From positions 85,376,001 to 85,440,000 of the forward strand of contig NW_024704742.1 of the NCBI RefSeq assembly GCF_018977255.1: a DNA stretch of 64,000 nucleotides, given 5' to 3'. Shown piece after piece: positions 1 through 11,402 of the stretch (within the stretch, counting starts at the first letter, position 1; each line of letters begins with the position of its first letter). The position numbers were made by a program, and so were the translations under genes. This stretch comes from Callorhinchus milii. Lineage: Eukaryota. Below the pieces are notes generated by a model, which was not told the origin of the DNA, ran no database searches, and worked only from the letters and a program-made list of their open reading frames with translations.

Positions 1-187
1 TCAATGCCTTGAACCATAGCACTTTACAGCAGAGAAACCGGTCATTCGGCCCATGTTGTCTGTGTTGGCTGTTTGAAAATGCAATCTGTTCAGTCCCATT
101 TCTCTGTCTTTCCCCTGCAACTCGTTGCTTTTTAGATATCTATCTAGTGCATTCTTGGAAGCTAAAATGGATCTACCTCGACCACGC

Positions 188-403
188 CTAATAATAATCC
201 CTCCAAAAACCCAAAACAATAATAAATTGGTCATTTTCAATCTATGACTGTTTGTGGGACATTGCTGTGCGCAATTGGCTACCGCGTTGGCCCACAAATA
301 TACAATCAATTCACTTTACAGTGTGTTCTGTGAAGCGCTTTGGGATGTCCTCCCGACGTGAAAAGCGCTATATCAAATGCAAGGATTATTATTATTATTA
401 TTA
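188..403 (+). mobile_element. tRNA-derived SINE, 3' part
   Basis: Shared SINE body aaattggtca...tgtttgtgggacattgctgtgcgcaattggc... ending gcaagg(att)n. Confidence 0.8.
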
Positions 404-1724
404 CTGTGCCTGGAAGGGCATTCCACATCCTAACAACTTTCTATGAAAAACAATTCCTCCTAATCCAACTTTGGTTCAAGTGTTATCCTTTGGCATGACT
501 GCAAAGCAACCCTCTATTGATCTCAGTGCCTGAGTACCTCATAGCCCACGTTAGAGCTGTCACCGACATCAGTGGAGAAAGTTTGTAAAGGTTTATTAGC
601 AGTTGCTAATTGGGATGTTTGAGGCAGAGCTGCATGATATGGAACCAGAGAAGACTTATCCAAAAGCATAACCTGGTCAGGGTGGTCAGAGGCCTGCAGG
701 TCCCAGACTGATCTTGTAATGTAAAAGACAGTTTGGTGCTAAAATTAAATATTACGTGTGACATTTAGTCTTAGTTTGGAAGCCAGTTTTTTAATTACTG
801 TATTAAAACTCTACATTAAAAATAGAAGAATTTTCCATAAATTTTTCATGATCTTAAACCTTAAGACAAAGTGGACTTATAGGCTTAAACTGAGTGGATT
901 TATGAGACTCAAGAGTTAGTTACTCACTGCTAAATGTGGCATTTTAGGAGGTTTTAACAACAACAATAAATAACATGTATATAGCGCATTTCACATTGGG
1001 AGGACATCTCAAGGCACTGGACAGTCAAGGGTTTGCGGTGGGCTGCAGTCAAGAGGGCAAGGTGGGGGAGGGTGATGGGAAGATGACCAAAGGTGAAGTC
1101 GTCTCTGATCATCTTCCCACCACCTCCCTTGTCAACTCTAGACAGAGCTTGCAGAAGGTTTGCTTTATATTTAGGATGCATTAAAGCCTTATCCTCGAAG
1201 CATGAAGTGGCCGGGTGATTGGAAGAGACTCACTGAAGTGTATGTGTTGGAAGTGGGGGGGGGGGGAATCAGTTACCTTGCATTGATGGGGCCACATAAG
1301 ATGAGTGACTGACAGCGACTGTCACAGTGGAATAGTGAGAACGCAAGCCCAGGCAGGCAGTGACAAGGAAAGCTGTCAGCAGCACCAGCCACACTGATTT
1401 ACAGGATTCACTGCCCTATTCTGCCCTTTGAGGACACATTGCTCTGAGGTTTCTGCCTGTCACAGAAACATGATCTTACTCTCAAGTAACACAAACATTG
1501 TAGTGTAAGTAGAGCCAGGTACATAAATATCACTTGCTTGTATTTGTTGCATTATATCTTGCTCATCCCTTCAAGTCAATGGTTTTTCAGGAATCGCTGA
1601 GTGAAAGTTATAAAATTAGCTACAACTATGCAATAACTGCACTCATCTGAATTCTGGCCGTAGTCTATCAAGTTAAACAGCACCATTATTTCAGCAGCCA
1701 AAAGCTCTTCAAAAGACATATAAA

Positions 1725-2120
1725 TACAACAACAACTTGTATTTGTATGCCGTCCCTCACACAGGGTAGCCTCGCAGAACGCTTGACAGTGGTGGAGCAC
1801 GATGTCCAGCCACAGGGAAGGGGGAGGTGACCGTAAGCACCGTCGAAAAGGAAGGTTTTCAGACCAGAAGATGGGGAAGGAGGGGGCAAGGTGGAAGGAT
1901 TGAGGGAGTGTGTTCCATAGTTTCAGGGTGTAGTGGCTGAAAGCAAGGTATCCGATGGTGGATGGGGGGCAAGGGGGACAAGCTGGAGGTTGGAGTCAGT
2001 TGATCAGAGGCAGAGACAGAGCCAGGGCATGAAGAAATTTGTAGACAAGTGTGAAGATCTTGAAATCAATCCGTTCGGTGTTAGGGAGCCAGTGGAGCCT
2101 GGCAAGAACTGGTGTGATGT
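1725..2120 (-). mobile_element. L2 LINE 3' fragment
   Basis: Minus-strand LKTFLFDGAYG and (ttg)n tail as in the other L2 copies. Confidence 0.65.
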
Positions 2121-2139
2121 GGGTACCACACCCCCATTG

Positions 2140-2230
2140 TTCCTACCCAGCAAAGTAGGAACCCGGTTGTTAGTCAATTGGTGGATCGCTTTTCTGGGGG
2201 TAATAATAATCCGTTTTTTAAATAAATAGA

Positions 2231-2311
<81 letters not shown>

Positions 2312-2645
2312 GGACGGACGGACGGACGGACGGACGGACGGGCGGGACGGACGGGCGGGCGCGGGCGGGCGGGCGGGCGGGCGGGCGGGCGGGCGGGCGG
2401 GCGGGCGGGCGGGCGGGCGGGCGGGCGGGCGGGCGGACGGACGGACGGACGGACGGACGGATAAATAAATGAAATTGGTCATTAAATCTACGACTGTTTG
2501 TGGGACACTGCTGTTCGTAAGTGGCTGTTGTATTTCACCCACAAAATATTCAATCAATTCACTTTACAGTATATCCTATGAAGCGCTTTGAGATGTCTCG
2601 AACATGTGATAAGGCACTATATCAAATGCAAGGATTATCATTATT
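2140..2645 (+). mobile_element. tRNA-derived SINE body containing a compound microsatellite
   Basis: agtaggaacccggttgttagtcaattgg... [microsatellite] ...aaattggtca...gcaaggattat. Confidence 0.8.
2221..2470. repeat. Compound tetranucleotide microsatellite TAAA>TAGA>CAGA>CGGA>CGGG>CGGA>TAAA
   Basis: Read directly from the sequence. Confidence 0.97.
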
Positions 2646-3319
2646 ACAGAGTTTAAAGAGCTTTAAAAAGGGTGCCATCTGAATGAAATTATGCCTGGCG
2701 TACTAACACTCATTCACTAATTAATTCATTTACATTCATTCAGTGTAATGGCTCCATCACCCTGAACAGTGGCATCATGATGAGAAAGAACAATTGACTC
2801 AGAACTCTCTCGCTCTGAAAATAGGTTTGGCCAAAGACTTTCACATGATGACAGCGTCCCTTTAAACCGACCAATAACTGAAAGTCTTGTGTACGGCATT
2901 TTGCTGCACTAGGATGTATTCCTTTCAGTTATGACAGTTATAATCTCTCCAGGTAAATGAAGCTCCACAAGAAATGCATGAATTCTTAATAAGAAATGTG
3001 TGATTTTTTAAATTGCCCTTACATTGACCTATAAAAACACATAGTCACTACACTTTACAGTATATTCTGTGAAGCGCTTTGAGAGCCTCTCCCAACATGA
3101 AAGGCGTGATACCAAAGACATGGATTTTTAACAATTATTTTAAAGAAATATGTTAAAAAATATCACAAACTAGACTCAATTATTGAGTAATTCTCTATGT
3201 GCCAAATTTTTTGCTGAGTAGAAAGCAGGGTCCTCCACCATCCCTGCAGAGTATTTGTGATAAAGTGAAAATGTAAGCTATATGCAGTGTTCTGTCAAAT
3301 GAAATTAGGTCACCTTGTT

Positions 3320-3640
3320 ACTTTAACAACTATTGGTGGGTTTCAACATCCGCTGACATCCCCAAGAGTGAGCATGTAGATCAGAAAGAGGAGAGGTCAG
3401 GAGGACAAGGAGGCAGAGGGAGCCCTGGTCACAGATAGAGAGGTTGTCGTTTGTGACTTTCACAAGCGCAGTCTCTGTACTGTGGGCGGAAACCGGACTG
3501 GAGGGGTTCGAAGAGGGAGTGGGAGGAGAGGTGTGCACGGAGTTGATTGGCAACAATGCATTCTAGGACTTTTGCGAGGAAGGGCAGGTTAGAAATGGGG
3601 TGGTAATGGCTGGGTTTTGAGGGATCTAGGGAAGGCTGCA
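3320..3640 (-). mobile_element. L2 LINE RT fragment
   Basis: YHPISNLPFLAKVLECIVANQL...EPLQSGFR / [12 protein letters not shown]. Confidence 0.85.
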
Positions 3641-4574
3641 CATAAAACAAACCAAGCAAGAATAGCAAGCAAGAAGCCCAAATTTCTCACAGTCCTGGTC
3701 TTCAAATGGTTATCTCAAAGATTGCACACAATTTTATAAAACTTTTATTCAAGCGATTCAAAAGATTAGAGTTTGGCTCAAGGAAGGATCAGACACAATG
3801 GGACAGATCATGCTGTCTAAAGCCATACTTTCTTATGATTGTACTAATGCAGGAAGGTATTTTGTTGACAGTGAGAAGCACTATTTCCCATGTGTACATC
3901 TCATACAGGTAATGGACATAGATTTAGGAGTGGACAGCAATCTCACTGAACAGATAATAATAATATTCCTTGCATTTGATATAGCATCTTATCACGTCAT
4001 TGAGACATCCCAAAGAGCTTCACAGAATATACTGCAAAGTATAGCGACTGTGTAAGTTGGGGATGAAAGATGATCCATACAAACCTTGTAAAGCCATTGC
4101 CTTCTTGTCTCTGCACTGAATAAATCGCAGCAGTAAACAAGAGTTTCGGATCTTATTCTGCCCCTGTGTTTAAAACAAACCAAAAATAGAGAGATGATGA
4201 TCTGTTGAGAGTTATAAACTGTTCCTGACATCCTGGCAGAGTGGGGTAATGTTACTGCTCATTTACTGCTGATGGTGCACGTTACAATTGGCTGAAATCT
4301 GACACTGTTCGTACTCAGCAACATTCAGGTAACATTAAATGCCGTTTTGACTAAATAACTTAAGAAGTTTTCCATGGATTTAGCCTTAAGATCATTAACG
4401 TGAAATTGAAGAGTGTGATAAAAATTCATAAACTCAGTCTTAATTTGGAAAAATGTTTCTTCAAAATGTTTTTAGGAAAACTAGCCTCCAGGTTAAGGTT
4501 AAATATGCCCAAATTTTACATTTTAAGAGAATTATATTAAAGCTAAGACCAAAATAGTTTTTGGGTCTATGTCT

Positions 4575-6116
4575 GGGGTGTAGTTGGGCCTTAACAAGGA
4601 AGGTTGCAGATTCAATCCCTCGCCTGCCCTATCTATCTTTAAATCCCATTTTAAGGCCTATCTCTTCGACCACACCTATGGTTACCGCCCCCACCCTTCC
4701 TCCTAGCTCAGTGTCCAATCCCTTTACTGTGAAGCTCTACGAGAACATTATGGTGCTATATATATAGATATGCTGTTGTTATTTCTCTGAGTTAGCTATT
4801 TTCAGACGGGGTAGTAGTTGGGGTTGGTACAATTGACCTCAGTCAGGTTCCTGCTCCTGATCACTGTAGAGTGGCAGGTGGACCTTTACAGGACAGCTTG
4901 TGACATGTCAGCCACTTTGATGTTCTCAAGATCTAAGTCCAATGCCGTGTACCAGGTTTACTCAACACCAGCTGTTCAATCCAGGTTCTCAAGAGAGGCC
5001 TTGGCAAATAGATGCCCGCCAGATAACTGATGAGGAATCTCGGAGGTTTGGTGTGACAACTGCTGGAAGGCGTTACCTGGAGTCCGATTCGTAGTCACAC
5101 GTGATCCATCACATGGAATCCACCTTGGCTGGCCTGCAGAGATGCAGGCAGCTGCAGCTTAAACTCCGCACCTCTAATTGGTGGAACCATCGCTCAATGC
5201 AAAGGAACGTGTGCCCAACCTGTGGACAGGAAGACGGCGGCAATGCTCTCACCCATTTCATGCCATGATGTGTTGCCCACCGGGAAGCTCACAGGGTGTT
5301 CCTGGCATTTACCATCCACCTAGTGAGGGCTCAAACCCATGCTTGTCAGATGTCGAACGACCAACTGGTGACTATCCTCTTGGGGAGGGGGGGGGTCTCC
5401 TTGGAGCTGAACTGGCTCCAAGGTGATATGCCTGGCAATGGAATGTCAGAATCAAACCAGCCTTTTGTGTTGGTCTCGGTAGTCTGGTTCCTGAGCCAGG
5501 CAGGATCGCACATTCCAGGGCACCGCTGATGTCAGCACAGTTTGCATGGCTCATTGACATGACCTGGAAGGGCAGACCAATGACTGGAGGCAGGGAGTCA
5601 GCACACTCAGCTCCTGTTAACCCTGCAAGCCAAAGCCCCAACAGGTCAGATGGTCCTAGCTGGACAAACAGTGGGAAAGTTTGCCGGACAGTAATATCAA
5701 TGGCAAGCTATGTGGTTTTAGCTGGTTAGACTCCAGCAGTACCCCAATGCATACTCTTGGGGTTCCCAAACCTTGGCTCTTGCCAACTTGCACCTAATAG
5801 TTTCCGGAATTAGGTAAGCAGGATGCATCCCTTCAGGGAGAGAGTGCACATTCCATTCCAACAATCTATCTCTGGGATTCTCATGTGTAGGTGGGATGCA
5901 TGGAAATCACGTAAGCACAGTGATGGGTTTCCGCATGTGTCAGACACCCTGCTGACCAAAAAAAATCACTGTCAAGTGGTTCCCTGCTGAGAGTGGGTGT
6001 GGGTATCAGGTGAAGACAGGATCAGGCTTAATCGTGATGTGTCCTGTGGTCAAATAGTCTGTCAGTGTTCATTGCTGAGACTCATGGTGAAATAAAGCCG
6101 TTGAAGTAAGATACTG
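4575..6116 (+). mobile_element. AmnSINE2-like ancient SINE split by an L2 tail (~4630-4782) and a 1.1-kb non-LTR insertion
   Basis: Segments ctgagttagct...ggttcctgctcctgatcact and ccctgctg...ggtgaagacaggatcaggct...gtgatg...ggtcaaatagtctgtc match the recalled AmnSINE2 consensus and a second copy at 51905-52132. Confidence 0.6.
4868..5964 (+). mobile_element. 5'-truncated non-LTR retrotransposon with a degenerate C-terminal CCHC zinc knuckle and long 3' UTR
   Basis: 8-bp TSD ATCACTGT (4860-4867 and 5965-5972); A8 tail; frame-1 translation KLRTSNWW...CPTCGQEDGGNALTHFMP*CVAHREAHR at 5161-5295. Confidence 0.75.
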
Positions 6117-6210
6117 TAAGTTAATGGGTCTATTTAATAAAGCATTTGTAAAGTGGAAGGACTAATGTCTTGCATGTGACAGGTGAAAAGCGCTATATAC
6201 CAACAATTGT

Positions 6211-6517
6211 TATAATAATCCTTGCATTCATCACATCGTTAAGACGTCTCAAAGCCCTTTACAGAATATTTGGTAAAGTGAATTGACTAAGTATTTTGTG
6301 GGCGAAACGTGGCAGCCAATTGAGCACAGCAATGTCCCACAAACAGTCATGGATTGGGGGGAAGGATTATTACCCCCAGAAAGCAATCCGCAAATCGACT
6401 AACACCTGGGTTCCTACTTACTGCTAGGTAAACAGAGGTGTGTGAAGTAAAGAAACTTGCCTACAGTTTCGCTTGGGAGGAGAGTGCTCTAACCATTATG
6501 ATACAGGACTCCATTGT
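6211..6517 (-). mobile_element. tRNA-derived SINE
   Basis: Reverse complement of the SINE consensus with a degraded head. Confidence 0.75.
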
Positions 6518-7061
6518 TGTTGTTGTTGGATTACTTTCAGGGTTAGAAGCAATTTCAAATGGGTGATTTGATTTGTAATATGGTAAAACGACCCACATAG
6601 TTGTGAAGATGGAAGCCAGTTTAATTGAAGGTGATGACAGCAAGCTGAAGACATGTCAATTATAGTTTTGTTGCCAGAGACTGCGTATCACATGCTGAGC
6701 ACCAAAGATAGTGAGCTTTCCATTCCTCGGTTTTAATAGGAAATCCCATTATAAACAAGACACAAAAAGATGGGTATTTTTAGCAATTTTCAAGTGATAG
6801 AAGCAAATGCTGTGATCAGTTGTTTTTTCTTTTTCTGTTTGAACAGCTATACTTAAATTCCTCCAAATCTTCTTATTTGGGATGTGTGACTGGGTGGAGA
6901 TCAGAGCTATCTGCACTGAGGGAAGCATGGAAGTATACAGCACAGAAAAAGGCCATTCAGCCCACCATGTATTTGTTAGCTCTTTGAAAGAGCAATCCAT
7001 TCAGTCTGATTTACAGCCTTTTCACCATATACCTGAAGATGATTCCTTTTACATATCTATC

Positions 7062-7200
7062 TACAGGGATTTTCCAGAGTCATGTTACCTCCATGGTGTT
7101 TTTTTCTACAGTGCACTGACCAACAACTGAAACATGTGGAATAATGTTGATAATTGCATTTAGATATACTTAATTGTATTCAGCATAAGTGTTTAACATT
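7062..7200. mobile_element. Partial mariner-type MITE (same family as 50825-51144)
   Basis: tacaggg...gtcatgttac...gaccaacaactgaaacatgtgga... Confidence 0.6.
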
Positions 7201-8638
7201 TTGGGAATCCACTTTTTGGAACCGTTCCTTAAAATCACTACAGTACAATACAATACAAAATTACATTTGTAAAGCGCCTTTCATGTCAGGAGGATGTCCC
7301 AAGGCACTGGACAGTCAGGGATTTGGACCCGAGCTGGGATCGGGATCAGGGAGGGCGGAGGACAGGAAGGGTAGGAGGGTGGCCGAAGGCTCGGAGACAT
7401 CCTCACGCTCAGGATGACTAAAGCAGAGCCCCGTGATGACAGAATAGGCAGTCAGACTTGGCAGAATTCCCAAAAGACCTTTGTGCTGATCAAGAGGGGG
7501 TGAGCTGGCAATTGGCAGATTTCTTTGTGGGGTTAATAATCCCTCCCCCCAATCCACCACTATAGGGAAATAATTCCAAAGGTTAGAGGGGTAGAATCTG
7601 AAGGGTTGGCCACCAATGATGGTGCAGGGAGGTCCAGCAATGTGCAGATCTTATCCTCTGATCTTATCTGGAGGATTGTCAGCCAGGAACCGTCATTGTT
7701 ATTGTAGACATAATACAACAATTTTACATTTTACAGCGTATTCCATGTCACTACAATTGACAATAATTCTTTACATAGAATTACGTGGAATTACAAAGGA
7801 CATTCTCCCAGTGTAAATTTATTCTGTAGCACTGAACTAGATCATCTGGTCCAACTAGTCTGTGCTGGTACTTAGACTCCACGTCAGCCTCCACCATCAT
7901 AATCCCCTTTTCCTATGTGCCTCCTGTACCCTACATTCCCTTCTCTTTGTCATGTTTCAATGTATAAGGCACTATCAACATACTTTATATGGAATTTTTA
8001 ATGTTCACTGGAATGGGTAAATCGAAGCTTGGTTTAATGTTTCATCAGAAGGATGGCATCTCGTTCAATGTAGTGGAGGTTTCCCTATGTCTACATTAGA
8101 AGGCCAGCCTAAGCTGCCTAACTCAATCCTCACTTTTCCGCATACAAAGATTACAAAGACCAAATGGTGACTCATGCTTTTAATGAGGTTTCTACTCATC
8201 CATTCACATACGACCGAACAACAATAGCTCCCATCTGTAACTAAACCTCTGTTGATGACTTTCCCACTGTGGAGCAACTGGAAATTGGAATTAAATGGTT
8301 CTTTCATATGCTGACCAAATTTATAATTAAACAGTAGCCATAGAGACAGGTGCATGATGACCGAAACTTTTGTGAGGGAAATCTTTTCATCAGGCTCGAG
8401 ATGTGTCTGTCTGGCTAATTACACTAAAAATTAATCATTGCATTACCCAGGAGATATTCAGTGGTGCTAATCAGTGTCACAGCAAACATTCATTTGCTTC
8501 ATAACAGCCTAAACGCTTCACAGGAAGAATAGAGATCCCCACCACACACACAGACACTTCCATGCCTGAAATGAACAAGTTTCAGTCCATGAATGTAATT
8601 CAAGGTTATATCATCCATCAGAACACAAACAAACAAAG

Positions 8639-8995
8639 GTGGACTCCTGTAGCTCAGTGGTTAGAGCGCTCACTCAAGCGAGATTTCTGGGTTTGATTCC
8701 TGGCAGGGCGAAATGTTGGCCAAGTTTTTCCACACGCCTCTGTTTACCTAGAGTAAGTAGGAACCCGGTTGTTAGTCAATTGGCAGATCACTTTTCCGGG
8801 GGTAATAATTGCTTTTTAAAAATAAGTTGGTCACTCAATTGACCTGCTTGTGGACACTGCTGTGCGGAATTAGCTGCCACGTTTCGTCCACAAACTATAC
8901 AGTCAATTCACTTTGCAATATATTCTGTGAAGCACTTTGAGACGCCTCGAAGATGTGATAAGGCACTATAACAAATGCAAGGATTATTACTATTA
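8639..8995 (+). mobile_element. Near full-length tRNA(Ala)-derived SINE
   Basis: A box tagctcagtggttagagc, B box-like gggtttgattcc, body, (att)n tail. Confidence 0.85.
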
Positions 8996-9259
8996 AACAG
9001 AAAGTCAAAGTTGAACTGAGATAGGCTCCAGCTGATTATAATATAATAATCCTTGCAGTTGAAATAGCACATTATCACGTCATTGAGACGTCTCAAAGCG
9101 CAGCATGGAATGTATTGTAAAGTGAATTGTATATTTTGTCAGCGAAACGCAGCAGCCAAACACAGTGTCCATTGTTTCTAACTAACTTTTTGGGGGTGTT
9201 GGGAGGTTACCCTCCCGGTCCGAATCAGACCAAATACAAAGAATCCAGTGTCTTAACCC

Positions 9260-10682
9260 ATCTTCTCATTGTATATCAAACACACTGTAAATTCCTTACT
9301 CCCATCCCCCTAAAGACAGCTGTCATCATCCTACCCTCAAAAAACCTTCCCTTGACTCATCTCTGCTCTCCAACTACCATTTTAAACCTTCCTTTTCTAT
9401 CAAAGTTCATGGAACGAGTCATCACTTTGCTCTTTCCTCTCCCAGCATTCCCTCCATGAACCTCTCCAATCCGGGTTTCGTGCTGCTCACAGCACAGAGA
9501 CAGCCCTGGTCAAAGTGAAAAATTATATTCTGCCCATCTGCAACCAGGGCTTTCTCTGTCTCCTCATCCTTCTCAACCTCTTGGCCACTTTCGATACTGT
9601 TGACTACGGCTTCTCCTTTAGCCCCCGCACTATCATGTGAGGCGTCCCTCAGGGTTCTGTCCTTGGTCCCCTTCTTTTCAATCTATACATGCTCCCGCTC
9701 GTCGATTTCATTCGCAGGCATGGGGTCAATTTCCACATGTATGCACTCAACGCTATCTCGCCACCTCCACTCTCGATGCCAGGACCGATGAAGTCCTGGC
9801 TAATTGTCTCTCTTACATCAACTCCTGGACTAGAGCCAACTTCCTCCAGCTTAATGTTGGCAAGACAAAGGGCCTCCTGCTTGGCTCCTGTCAGCGCCTC
9901 CTCACCTCAGCCGTTGACACTATCAGCGTTCATGACTGTACTCTTCACCCACCGAGCCAATCTGAAATCTCGGTGTCATTCGTGCCATGACCTGCTTTGC
10001 CTTTTTACATCTCCGCAACATTGTCCGCCTCCACCGCAGCCTCTCACCGCAGGGCGCCGAGACCCTGATCCATGCTTTCATTACGTCCTGGCTTGACTAC
10101 ACCAACTGCCTGCTCACTGGACTTCCCAACTCTTCCCTCCACAAGCTGCAGATTCATTCAGAACTCTGCACCTCGTGTCCTCTCCCGCACCAGGCTCCGG
10201 GAACCTATCAGCCCCATTTTTGCCCGGCTTCAATGGCTCCCAATCCCTCAACGAATTGAGTACAAAACCCTTGTCTTACTTTCAAGGCCCTCCATGGTCT
10301 TGCTCCCCCCTACCTCTCTAACCTCATAATCCCATATCAGCCTGTTCGCTACCTCCGCTCAGCAGACACCGATCTGCTTCAGGTTCCCAGCACTTCCCGC
10401 CGTACCATTGATAGTCAGGCATTCAGCATCTCTGCCCCCACACTCTGGAACTCTATCCCGCAATCCATCCGCCTCACCCCTTCTCTTGCTTCCTTCAAGT
10501 CCTGTCTAAAGATCTTCCTCTTCAACCATGCCTTTAGCCAGCCCCCCACCCCAACCCCCACTGCCCTCAACCCCCCCTGACCCCAACTCCCAGCTCGGGT
10601 CCAAAACCCGATTGTCCAGTGCCCTGGGATGTCTTTCTGATGTGAAGAACACTATACAAGCGCAATTTGTTGTTGTTGTTAT
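9260..10682 (+). mobile_element. Degenerate L2 LINE (RT and 3' end)
   Basis: [51 protein letters not shown]; (ttg)n tail. Confidence 0.9.
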
Positions 10683-10904
10683 TCAAATTCTAGCACCCCA
10701 AACAACGTAGAGGCAGTGTATGCTCCGATTCCGGCTGTAACCACACCATCTCCATATGATCATAATAGCGGATTGACCTGACAGAGTAGATGTGCCCGCT
10801 TGGCTCAGTACATGTTAATCTGGCTCAATTGGTAGCACTTTTGTCTCTGGATCAGAAGATTATGGACTCAAACTCAAAATTGGCTTGAGGTTCACTCCAA
10901 AACA

Positions 10905-11402
10905 GTGTAGGTCTGGAATATTCTAGGGAACTGCTGATATTCGAGGACACTGTTGATGACAGCACAGCCAACCTGGCTCATCAGCAGGACTTGGAAGACC
11001 AGACCAGTCACTGGGGGCAGGGATTCTTCCCACTCAGCTCCTGTTAACCCTGCAAGCCAAAGCCCTAACATGTAGGGTGGTCCCAGCTAGACAAGCAGTG
11101 GGAAAACTTGCCGGACAGTAATATCAATGGCAAGCTATGTGGTTTTAGCTGGTTAGACTCCAGCAGAACCCCAATACACACTCTGGATTCCCCAAGCCTT
11201 GGCTCTTGCGAAACTGCGCCTAATACTTTCCGAAATTAGAAAAGCAGGATGCATCCCTCCAGGGAGAGAGTGTGCATTCCATTCCAACAATCTATCTCTG
11301 GGATTTCCACGGGTTGGTGGGATGCATGGAATTCTCAGCTTGGTTTGGATACTTTTAAGCATGGTGACGAGTTTCCACATGTGTCAGGCACCCGGCTGAC
11401 CA
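10905..11402 (+). mobile_element. 3'-UTR copy of the CCHC non-LTR family
   Basis: Colinear with 5490-5957; ends cacccggctgacc plus an A-rich tail. Confidence 0.8.

Noticed and set aside
2174..2557. 127-aa ORF with PPAR/SVRP/SVCL repeats
   Set aside because: Produced by the tetranucleotide microsatellite inside a SINE
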